Below, one piece after another: positions 12,338-23,322 of a DNA stretch of 64,000 nucleotides. Positions within the stretch are counted from its first letter, which is position 1. Every line of letters begins with the position of its first letter. The stretch comes from Octopus sinensis (Eukaryota). The position numbers and the translations under genes were made by a program. The DNA lies in the NCBI RefSeq assembly GCF_006345805.1, contig NC_043012.1, forward strand, positions 13,516,001 to 13,580,000. The letters run 5' to 3'. The notes under the pieces were generated by a model. That model saw only the letters and a list, made by a program, of their open reading frames with translations, did no database searches and was not told where the DNA came from.

Positions 12338-13962
12338 GTATTGTGAGGCATTGCTAAATCTGATGTATATTTAACACTGTGTGATCAGAAGCCGGTTAGC
12401 TGGCAGAATCGTTAGAACGCCGGATAAAATGCTTAGTTGAATTTTGCTCGTCTTGACTTCGCCTTTCATTGTTTGGGTTCGATAATATGCGTACTGGGAT
12501 CAGTAATATTCACAAGGTAATATTCGAATTTTTACTAGCAGGACATCCAAGGTCTCTAGTATTTGTTATGATATTTGGTACTCATGCGGTAATGTAAAGA
12601 ATGTGATTCAAAGAGTTAAAACCTCATGCCACAATGCTTGCGTAGAACTTGTGATACAGGAAATATATATTGATGTAATAAGCAGTACTTTGGTGTAAAA
12701 TATAAATGACATTAGTGGGTCATGAAAAGGAGTAGCATCTCCAAAGTATTAAATTTTACTGATGTGGCAATTTTTAGAAATAGTTTATCTTTAATAAATC
12801 TCTAGATGAGGAACCGAGCTGTGATATATGTCTTTATTATATGCCATGTAAAATTCGATCTTCGTAAGTTATTTCATCTACTATATGATTCCAATATTTT
12901 CATAACAACGTAATCGTTTTGGCTAAAGTGAAAGAATTGAATTCATCAATAAAGGCTGCTACAATTCAGTATGCGATATGCAAAAGACAAATTATACTCT
13001 TTAATTCTAGTAAAAATCGTGATTTATAGCTGACAGTGAGTAATGTGTTTAAATAACAAAATCCTTATTTCTAGTGCAATTCGAATATATTAGTGGCGTG
13101 TTTGTAAAGAAATTCATTCATCTCTAGTATACCTCATTTTATAAAATCATTTTTACATTGAATTAGGTGTGTGTATGTGTGTGTGCGTGATTATTTCAAT
13201 GTACAATAGTTGGAAAATATGTGTAATGCATTAGAAAATATTCCCAACTGCAAAAAAGGCAGTAGATATTCTTGCGTTTCTTATGAATTATTCGAATATT
13301 CAAAGTCACATTAATCGCAAATATTCGTATACTACGACAAAATGATTTTTAAAAAATACAAAGTGAATTAAAAATTGAGTGAACAATTTACACAATATCT
13401 TTAACACTGTAAACAATTGGTTATTACGATAACCTCTATATTTAACGGATGTCAAGAAATAAAATTATCAACCATAAATTCTTATAATCACCAAATATGT
13501 GAGATTTTTAGTACATTCTCCATACAACCAAATTTTCTGAATTTTGCAGAAATACACAATTTCAAATGCAATAGAATGGTAAATTGGTTTGTTAAATGGT
13601 TTGCATATTTGTTTGCATTTTTTATTGTTTCATTTAAATCCTGTTTTATTATTTGCTTCGCTTTATGTGAATTATCTGATTTGAATATTAGCGAAACAGA
13701 ATTGTCCAGCCTGTAGTTGGGCAATATTCTGTAATCTAAGAAAACAATGTTAAAATTTATTAATAAGTGCGTAGTAGAGTTGAAGATTCATATGTTTATT
13801 AAACACATTTGGTGATGAAGAAATACTCAACTATTCTCACCAAAAGAAGTGCATTAGACAATATGTGATTACCTCTATATTTTAAATGTTACTCTTTCAG
13901 TTCATCTTTTGTAGAGTAATTGTAATGAAATATATTCCAAATTTACCTCTTGTTTGTCATTT

Positions 13963-14810
13963 CTAAGCAAAGGTTGATAAAGCAATAACGATATAGAGTA
14001 CAAGGAACAAAACAGTTGCCGACAAAAATAATTTGTCTAGCTTTATATATGTTTTTCGACGTTTCTTAGAAGGCATTTTATCTTTCGACTCAATATTTGG
14101 TTCATCTGTGTTTCCTATTATCCCGATTTTATTTTTCGATCCGTTTGATTCATTAACGTTTTCTGAACTGGTGTTGGCACCGGTCTGGTGGACGTACATT
14201 TTACACACAATTACAGTGCCGACAGTAGAATATCCGGTGACAAATTCCAGAATTAATAGATATATTAAATATATAGAAGGTTCACGGGACCTATTATTAA
14301 TTTTTTTCAGTTTTAGAAAGAAAAACAATATTTACGAGAAAAACAGTAATTGCAACAGACATTTTCTCTCCAGATTCACCCTAAAGTAAATAGATACGAC
14401 TAATAATGTTAACATAATTGAAGAATATTGTTGGTTACGGCCGCACTAGAAATTTTTCCTTTTGATGTGAACCCTAACAACGGCTGTTATGATGCCGTTT
14501 TTTTTCAATATCTTCCGTGTTATTCCGGTGTTCAAAACACGTATATATCGCATTCGTGCTTATCAGAAGGATATTTATTAAAGTTAACCTTGCGGAAAGT
14601 ATTGAATATAGCGTCAATTTATAGAGAAACATTTCTCTCAGTTATTAGCGTGACTCCTGTATCTTCGGCAAATTTTAATTTTAATGTAGTGCTCTTACGT
14701 ATTTTTACGTTAGGGTACTACAGATGTTGTAAATCAGTTTTAATATAGCTTACGTTTACTCTTTCTTCTATCCATTGAAGGTTAATATCATACCACGATA
14801 ATCCCAGTAT
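13963..14810 (-). pseudogene. CR relic C: lacks the 5' ~70 codons, decayed
   Basis: Collinear with CR copies from ILGLSWYD to the stop. Has several stops and frameshifts, Cys-loop first Cys changed to Arg and PFD to PSD, and a ~75-80-nt deletion at 14510/14511 removing the loop-C region. ORF 13963..14328 preserves M3-M4. Confidence 0.88.
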
Positions 14811-15750
14811 GAAGGGAGATAGAATGCAATATTGTAAAATTAGGAATTGTATTGGTAGTAGATAATTCCAGCAATCATTTGAAGGTTACATTGGTGGTGA
14901 TGTTGCAACACCCCTGTTAGATTTAGAATGATTTTATTCTACTCATCTACAATTTCCGATAAGGTGATATTCGAACTTTTACAAGCAGGACATCCAAGGT
15001 CTCATGTATTTGTTATGAGATTTTGTATACATGCAGTAATGTAAAATATGTGATTCAAAGAGTTAAAACTTCCTGCCGCATTGCGCGTGTAGATCTTGTG
15101 ATACGTGAAATAGATAATGATGGTATACTCAGTAATTTGGTGTAAAATATGAATAACTTTAGATGATCATGAAAAGACGTAGCATTCGTGAAGTTTAAAA
15201 TTTTACTGATGCGACTAAAAATGTGTATATCCTCAAAGAGTCTCTAGATGAGGAATCAAACTGTCAGAGAGGTGCTAGTCAATTTCTATGCCATGTAATT
15301 TATTTCATGTGAAAATATAATCCATGCACATTATAATTCTAGTCCTTCATAAACAACGTAATCAGTGTGACGGAAGAGAAAGAACTGAATTCATCAATAA
15401 GGGCTGTTAAAAATCAGTATGCGAAATACATGAGGCAAATTATACGCTTTAATTCAACTTAAAATAGTGATTTGTAACTGGCAGTGAGCAATGTCTTTAA
15501 AGAACGAAATTATTATTTCTAGTGCAATTCAATTATATTAGTGGGCACGTTCGTAAAGGTATTGTTTCGTGTCCAATGTACCTCAATTTATTAAAAAAAT
15601 TATTTCTTCGATTTATGTAAATTGTGTGTTTTGTAATTTAGCGAAACAAAATTTTCAAGTCTATAGTTGGACAATATTGTGAGATCTAAGAAGAAAATTT
15701 TAACATCTATTAAGAAGTGCGCAAGACAATGGAAACTGCAATTTCACGTG

Positions 15751-15756
15751 TTTATT
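15751..15756 (-). promoter_or_regulatory. Putative polyadenylation signal AATAAA of CR copy D (equivalents at 13795-13800 for C and 25935-25940 for F)
   Basis: AATAAA on the gene strand 163-167 nt past the (ancestral) stop in three paralogs. No transcript evidence. Confidence 0.45.
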
Positions 15757-15922
15757 AAATATATGAGGTGATGACGAAATACTCAAATATTCGTACCAAT
15801 AGTACTTAATTAGACGATATGTGATTACTGCTATATTCTAAATGTGAGTTGGTCCTTCAGTTCATCTCGTGCAGAATAGATGTAATGAGATATATTCCAA
15901 ATTTACCTCTCATTTATGATTA

Positions 15923-17061
15923 CTAAACAGAGCTTAATAAGGAAATAAAGATATAGAGTACAAGGAACAAAACTGTTGCTGCCAAAAATATCTTGTCTAG
16001 CTGTATATATGTTATTCGACGTTTCTTAGAAGGCAGTTTATCTTTCGACTCAATATTTGGTTCATCTGTGTTTCCTATTATCCCGATTTTATTTTTCGTT
16101 CCGTTTGATTCATTAACGTTTTCTGAATTGGTGTTGGCACCGGTCTGGTGGACGTACAGTTTACACACAATCACTGAGCCGACAGAAGAAAGTCCGCTTA
16201 CGAGTGTCAGAATTAATAGATATATTAAATATATAGAAGGTTCACGCGAATTGTTACCCAGTTTTTTCTCAGTTTCAGAAAGATAAACAATATTTGCGAG
16301 AAAAACAGTAATTGCAACAGAAACTTTCTCCCCAGATTCAGCTGGCAATAGAAAGACAGATATGATTAATAATGTTAACATAATTGGGGGTATAATGGTG
16401 GTTATGGTTGCACTAGAAATGTTTCTTTTGCTGTGAACAATAATACCGGCTGTTATGATGCCGTCTTTTGTGATACCCTTGTCATTAAAACTGTACTGCC
16501 ATTGGGTGTATGCTGGATTATATGTCACATTGTACACGAAATTATTTAAAGTTTCTTCCGCGTTAACCTGGTGTCGAAAGCAAACAGATATTTCACAATT
16601 GTGTTCATCAAAAGGATATTTTTCAACGTTAATATCGCAGTAAGTATTGAAAATACTGTCTATATAGAGAGACGTACTTCCATTACTTGTTAGCGTGACT
16701 CCTGTATCTCCATCAAATGTGAATTTGCCTGTAGCGCTATTAGAGATTTGTACGTGAGGGAACCACACTTTCTCTAATTGAGTTTTAAATAGCTTACGTT
16801 TTCTTTTTCTTCATCCCATTTTAGATTAGCATCATGCCACGATAATCCAAGTATCAGATTACTTGTCATTAATCCTTTTGCAATATCAAATTCAAGAATG
16901 TTCTTTATTTCCAGTGATACATCTACGTATATTATATCGCCATCATTTAAAACGGGTCTCTGAGACTTCTCATAGCCTCTAAGTATCTTTTCCTCTAAGT
17001 CCTTCTTTTTTGAAGCAACTACTCCGATGAGCATTAAAGTTAAACCAAAGATTAATTTCAT
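15923..17061 (-). pseudogene. CR copy D: full length, disrupted by a single 1-bp deletion (379 aa if repaired; could be an intact gene with an assembly error)
   Basis: ORFs 16774..17070 and 15923..16768 join into one CR. + strand reads agttttaa-atagc at about 16781-16793 versus agttttaatatagc in copies E and F. True ATG is at 17059-17061 (the ORF track started at an upstream TTG). Confidence 0.85.
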
Positions 17062-18227
17062 TATGTTCAATAAACAGCGAAATTAATACTTCAAAATGTT
17101 TCCTGATCTCTTTCACGTTCAATATGTTTATGGTTTTGGCAATGTTTCTGCGTATTAGAAATATACGTGTAACCTGTTTATATGTATTTTTTTGTTTCTG
17201 CTTATCTTTGTTCTTATGTGTGCATATATATCGCAAGTATTCTATTTATGACTGTGTAAGTTTTGAGAAAGAAAAAATATATGTAATTGCATTTAAATAT
17301 GAACCGTCTGAAATACCTTATGTTTATCTTGTGGAAGATAATCAAGTGAAATCTTGATCACAACTACAATGGACTATACCGTGAGTGGCATTAGTGAACA
17401 ATCTATCTCCAGTTCAAAGTCGCAACGTAGTAATATGTGATGATATCGAAAGTATTTATACTAAGATCTTACGCATTTAAATATGCTGTAACCTCCTATT
17501 CTTCTTCTGCCTCTTTCTGTATTTCCTTTTTCCTTATTATCCTTTGGCTATCTATTTATGTGTCTTTATAATCCATAGTTTATTTCCAACCAGACTTAAT
17601 TAATATATTACAGAACTACAAGAAGTCAATATATTTTATTGATGCGATAAATATATTATTTCATAATCTTTTGTTTTGTTTGTAGTGTTAACAGATATTA
17701 ATTTTAGATTTCCCATTAGAATATTGTCAGTGGATATGGTGAAATATTGAGATCATATTGTCAACAGGATATTAATGACCCTCTTTGATGTGTATTGATG
17801 AAACTTATGATCAATAATCACAACCACGAAGGTGTCGTTAGCGGGTTTGCTTTGGAACATTGGAGCTTTGTACTTGATTCCTATGGGTTAGTTGCCTAAG
17901 AATATTATGACTTTTGGTAAGTATTCTACGTGGAATAAAAAGAGGACTGTCCAAATCTCCTTACATATGTAAGTGTATGTGTGTACACACGTTTGCACGT
18001 GTGTATACATATATGTAAGTATATGTGTATGTAAGGTGGACGTGTTCAGGTGCATTTCTGTAATATATAATAAATTACAAGTACGCATATGTGTATATCT
18101 ATATATATATATATATATAATTCTGGATCGTTATGTCTTTTTTTCTGTATGAAGAGAGTAGAGTACAATATTGTAAAATTAGGATATGTTATTGGTAGTA
18201 ATTAATTCCACAAACATTTGAAGGTTA

Positions 18228-18625
18228 TAGAGAGACGTACTTCCATTACTTGTTAGCGTGACTCCTGTATCTCCATCAAATGTGAATTTGCCTGTAGCGC
18301 TATTACATATTTGTACGTTAGGGTACCACACTTTCTCTAATTGAGTTTTAATATAGCTTACGTTTTCTTTTTCTTCTTCCCAGTTAATATTAGCATCATG
18401 CCACGATAATCCAAGTATCAGATTACTTGTCATTAATCCTTTTGCAATTTCAAATTCAAGAATGTTCTTTATTTCCAGTGATACATCTACGTATATTACA
18501 TCGCCATCATTTAAAACGGGTCTCTGAGACTTCTCATAGCCTCTAAATATCTTGTTCTCTAAGTCCTTCTTTTTTGAAGCAACTACTCCGATGAGCATTA
18601 AAGTTAAACCAAAGATTAATTTCAT
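18228..18625 (-). pseudogene. CR relic E: 5' third only (signal peptide to about TSLY)
   Basis: Near-identical to the first ~133 codons of copy F, then jumps at about 18228 into downstream-flank sequence (tttgaaggtta|tagagagacg). The Cys-loop and all TM helices are deleted. Confidence 0.9.
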
Positions 18626-19652
18626 TATGTTCAATACACAGCGAACTTAATACTTCAAAATGTTTCCTGATCTCTTTCACGTTCAATATGTTTATGGTTT
18701 TGGCAATGTTTCTGCGTATTAGAAATATACGTGTAACCTGTTTATATGTATTTTTTGTTTCTACTTATCTTTGTTCTTATATGTGCATATATATCGCAAG
18801 TATTCTATTTATGACTGTGTAAATTTTGAGAAAGAAAAAATATATGTAATTGCATTTAAATATGAACCGTCTGAAATACCTTATGTTTATCTTGTGGAAG
18901 ATAATCAAGTGAAATCTTGATCACAACTACAATGGACTATACCGTGAGTGGCATTAGTGAACAATCTATCTCCAGTTCAAAGTCGCAACGTAGTAATATG
19001 TGATCATATCGAAGGTATTTATACTAAGATCTTACGCATTTAACCTCCTATTCTTCTTCTGTCTCTTTCTGTATTTCCTTTTTGCTTATTATCCTTTGGC
19101 TATCTATTTATGTGTCTATATAATTCATAGTTTATTTCCAACCAGACCTACTTAATATATTACAGAACTAAAATAAGTCAATATTTTTTATTGATACAAT
19201 AAATATTATTTCATAATGTTTAGTTTTGTTTGTAAAGAACATATTGCGAGTAACAGATATTGATTTTAGATTTGCCATAAAAATATTGTCAGTGGATATG
19301 GTGAAATACTGAGATCATATTGTCAACATGAAATTAATGACCCTCTTTGATGTGTATTGATGAAACTTATGATCAATAATCACAACCACGAAGGTGTCGT
19401 TAGCGGGTTTGCTTTGGAACATTGGAGCTTTGTACTTGATTCCTATGGGTTAGTTGCCTAAGAATATTATGACTTTTGGTAAGTATTCTACGTGGAATAA
19501 AAAGAGGACTGTCCAAATCCCCTTACATATGTAAGTGTATGTGTGTACACACGTTTGCACGTTTGTATACATATATGTAAGTATATGTGTATGTAAGGTG
19601 GACGTGTTCAGGTGCATTTCTGTAATATATAATAATTTACAAGTATGCATAT

Positions 19653-19736
<84 letters not shown>

Positions 19737-20077
19737 GAATTCCTAAAAGTGTCAATTTTTATATTCTGATAAAATATAAAAGCATTTAGAATTTGATAAA
19801 AGATTGTTTATCATTTATTTTTGATTTATCGCCTTTGTTATTTAATAAATGTTGTTAAAGTTTTAGACAACAGCAAAGGGGGTCTCGTCATTCGCTCCCT
19901 CTCCCTTCTTGGGTATACGGGATATTATTTTTATATGCCACTTCGAAATTAACGATAAATAAATGAAAGGTTAAAGGGTGAAAAGTCTTTACGAGATTAT
20001 CGTAACACGTTTCTTTTTACCGGTTGCGGCTCATAGCTGTGGCCATTGCGGGGCACTGAAATTCCGTAACACTATTA

Positions 20078-20760
20078 TTATTGAGAGCTTCTGCTGATAT
20101 TTGACATTTGGTCAATAAAAGATTTTGATGATGCTTCTCTCATTTGCGCTTCTTGCTGCAAGGTAGGTCCATCATGGACTCTCAACAGGAAAGCATCCAG
20201 TATTGTTTTAAAAACACCTACATCCTCTTTGTGTAGGTCCTTTGGGAGAACATTAAAAAGCTGTGGGCCCTTGAAACCCAGGCTGTCCCAGTAAATAGTC
20301 TTGAAGGTGACGGTATTGTTGGGATATTTGGCATTATAGTAGTGGTGACCCATTATGGCATTTGTGTAACTTTCAATTCCAGTATATTACTGCATATCTC
20401 TCCGGCCTTTGGTCTTAGCTTTTTCAGACTTTCCCAGTAGTTGAGCCGTTGCAACGAGAGATCTTCTTGGTGAAGCTTCACTGGATTGGTTCAAAGTGTA
20501 CTGTTGATTTTACTCTGCGGGATGACCATAGCTGGGAGTAGTAGACCAAACGGCTGAGGACGAATGTTCTCCATGAGACCATCATGGTTTCCTTCTCCCT
20601 GGTTTGAAGGTTGTCAAGATGCTTCCAGCCAGCCGCTTGAACTTTGTTGCCATCTTGGTAATGTGAACTTGGAGAGATATATCATCACTCATATCGATAC
20701 CCAGGTCAAGCACTGATTCAGGTTCTGAGATTGCAATCCAACCTGGGCCATTGTAGTATG
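20078..20760 (-). mobile_element. CR1-clade LINE, degenerate 3' fragment of ORF2 (short copy of its 3' end also at about 29110-29218)
   Basis: Remnant peptides VLDLGIDMSDD, WRTFVLSRLVYYSQLWS, LNYWESLK, GFKGPQLFNVLPKD and FKTILDAFL match the post-RT region of CR1-type elements. Confidence 0.75.
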
Positions 20761-20789
20761 TAAATTTTTCGTTACGTTTTTTGAAGAAA

Positions 20790-22135
20790 ATTTCCCAGAA
20801 ATTTGCCAGACCAACAACTTGCATATACAACTAACATTGAACAAGTGACACATAATAGAGGAACGTTGTGTGTTTTAGATGCTACAGGAGGAACAGGAAA
20901 AAACTTTTCTTACAAATTTACTGCTAGCCAAAGTCCGGCAGCAAAAGGAAATAGCCTTGGCTGTAGCGAGCTCTGGAATTGCTGCAACTTTGCTCCCAGG
21001 AGGTCGAACGGCTGACGTAGTATTCAAGCTACTATTCAATCTAACTTCAAATGAGGTACTTGTCTGCAATATTAGTAAAAGTTCTTTAGCTCAAGTTTTT
21101 TATGAAATGTTCTTTGATCGTATGGAACGAATGTACCATGTCCCTTAAAAAGTTATTAACAAGTCGTTAACAGAATGCTACAAGAGCAGCCTAATTCCAA
21201 TTGTTTGATGCAAGGTGTGACAGTAGTACTTTCGATGATTTCAGACAACTGTTGCCAGTGGTTCCCAGGGGAACAAAGGTGGATGAACTGAAAGCATGTT
21301 TGAAAGTTTCTATTTTATGTAAACATATCACCGTGTTAAATTTGTCTACAAATATGAGGGCCCATTTGCTTGGGTATCATCTCTCGGAAAACTTTGCCCG
21401 TAATATTTTGCAACTTAGAGAAGGAAGGCTACATACTTATGATGAAGTTGACTTGAATCTGTCAAAAATCTGCACTTTGGTCAGCTCAGTTAAGGAATGT
21501 ATTGAACAAGTTTTTCCAAGTAAAATCCAAATTGCACAAATGCTACACTGTTATGCGAAAAAGCAGTCATGGCACCTAGGAAAGTTACTGTGAATAATTT
21601 AAATGAAAGACCCAAGAAACGTTTACCAGGAAACAAACATACTTACACATCTGTAGACTATCTTGTGGATGGAATAGTCAAATTCCGGTTAAGTTCTTAA
21701 ACTCACTGCAGTTACCAGGAGTTCCCCCCCTCATTGCCTTCTATTGAAAATAGGAGCACGAATCATGCTTCTGCGCAAAGCAGTGCAATGGCACATGACG
21801 CGTTATCACGAAATTTATGAGGAATGTCAAAGAGGCCACAATAATATATGGCTGTGGAAAAGGTAAATGTGTTTTTATTCCTCGCTTACATTTGATACCT
21901 TCCAATATACCCTTCGAGTTCAAATGACTGCAGTTTCCAATAAGTCTGTCTTTGCGATGTCCATTAAGAGTTCCTAGGGTCAGGCATTGAAGGTTGCTGG
22001 TTTGCAATGAGAAGAGGACTGTTTTCACACGGTCAGTATTATGTTGGGACATCCAGAGTGGGGAGCAAGAACACCCTTTTCATTTTTGCTCCTACTGGTA
22101 AAATCAAAAACATTGTCAACAAGGAAGATTTTACC
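20790..22135 (+). mobile_element. Helitron fragment, degenerate PIF1-like helicase domain
   Basis: LDATGGTGK(T)F, AVASSGIAATLLPGGRT, DFRQLLPVVPRG, LSTNMRA, QLPGVPPH, QFPISLSFAMSI and SRV motifs in collinear order across frameshifts. Confidence 0.88.
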
Positions 22136-22529
22136 ATAAGATGAATAACCTCAAATTTGTAGAATGATAACTAACCTTGAATTGATATTTTCAACGTTAC
22201 ACTATATGTGTCTAAGAAAATCTATTTTATTTAATGATCTTGTAATAATCAGAAACCAATATCTGTGCGATGTTTACTTCCTTTATAGGCGGAAATATTA
22301 TAGATCATAGACCAAAAGCTTATATTTATCCATGATAATACTGGCCTGAAAAAACAGCTCTAGCCTTTACATGAAAGTTAATCATTTCTTAAATATGTTC
22401 AATACAAACACAGTGAATAAATTTCGATCTTCAAAGTACAATTTTGGCAGCTTCTTTCAATCCAGTCAATGACTGGTGTTTCTGCTACTATATATACCTA
22501 CAAATATATGTATCACTCTTTCTCTCTTC

Positions 22530-22560
<31 letters not shown>

Positions 22561-22709
22561 TTAGCTACTGGTGAAGGATGGTTTCTAGGCATAACGTCAG
22601 ACCCTAAGGCAAAGGAACCAGCCTTCTCCTGTAATTAATATACACTGCTGTACTTCTACACCGGATTTATGTTTTTCTAAAAATTGAGATATATCTAGCT
22701 ATCTATCTA

Positions 22710-22769
<60 letters not shown>

Positions 22770-22774
22770 CATTA

Positions 22775-23268
22775 TGAATGTGTGAGAGAGCAGCGCATGC
22801 CATCAAAGTCACACTGGGTAAAATATACGAAGCCCAGTATACACATCATGACTACCCCTCTGATAAGGGTACATTAGGCACATGCATCACAAAGATATGT
22901 GCAGGACATGGTGATCTCATATCAAGATAAACAGCACATGACTTTGCAAGTGGGGCCCAGTTAGAATTTTCTTCTGGTCTAATAACCATCCCACTCAAAT
23001 GGTTCCTGAATAAGGGTTGTCAACCATGTTTCCTGAGGTGAATTATTCAAACCAGAAAGAACCCCGCTCAACACTTGGCTATGATGCTTCCCCCACTACA
23101 TCTACTTGTGATCAGAGATGCACATATCGTCAGCCACTAAGGGACATGCTCAACTGGTTAAGGTCAAACAACTGAGAAATATGTGGTATTGAGCAGAATA
23201 TTTGCTGTAGCCCATCTTTTATACCAAGACAAAACAATGTACATGATAACACTTCCAGTCAGTTTAAG
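22775..23268. mobile_element. Probable retroposed non-coding insert bracketed by (ATT)n arrays
   Basis: About 495 bp of higher-GC, non-coding sequence between (ATT)n at about 22712-22774 and 23269-23322. Family not identifiable from the window alone. Confidence 0.45.

Positions 23269-23322
<54 letters not shown>

Noticed and set aside
15993-16286. Recurring + strand ORFs MSSCIYVIRRF... (also 14033-14389, 26177-26470, 9897-10121)
   Set aside because: Antisense shadows of the CR M3-M4 region; they recur only because the CR genes are duplicated.
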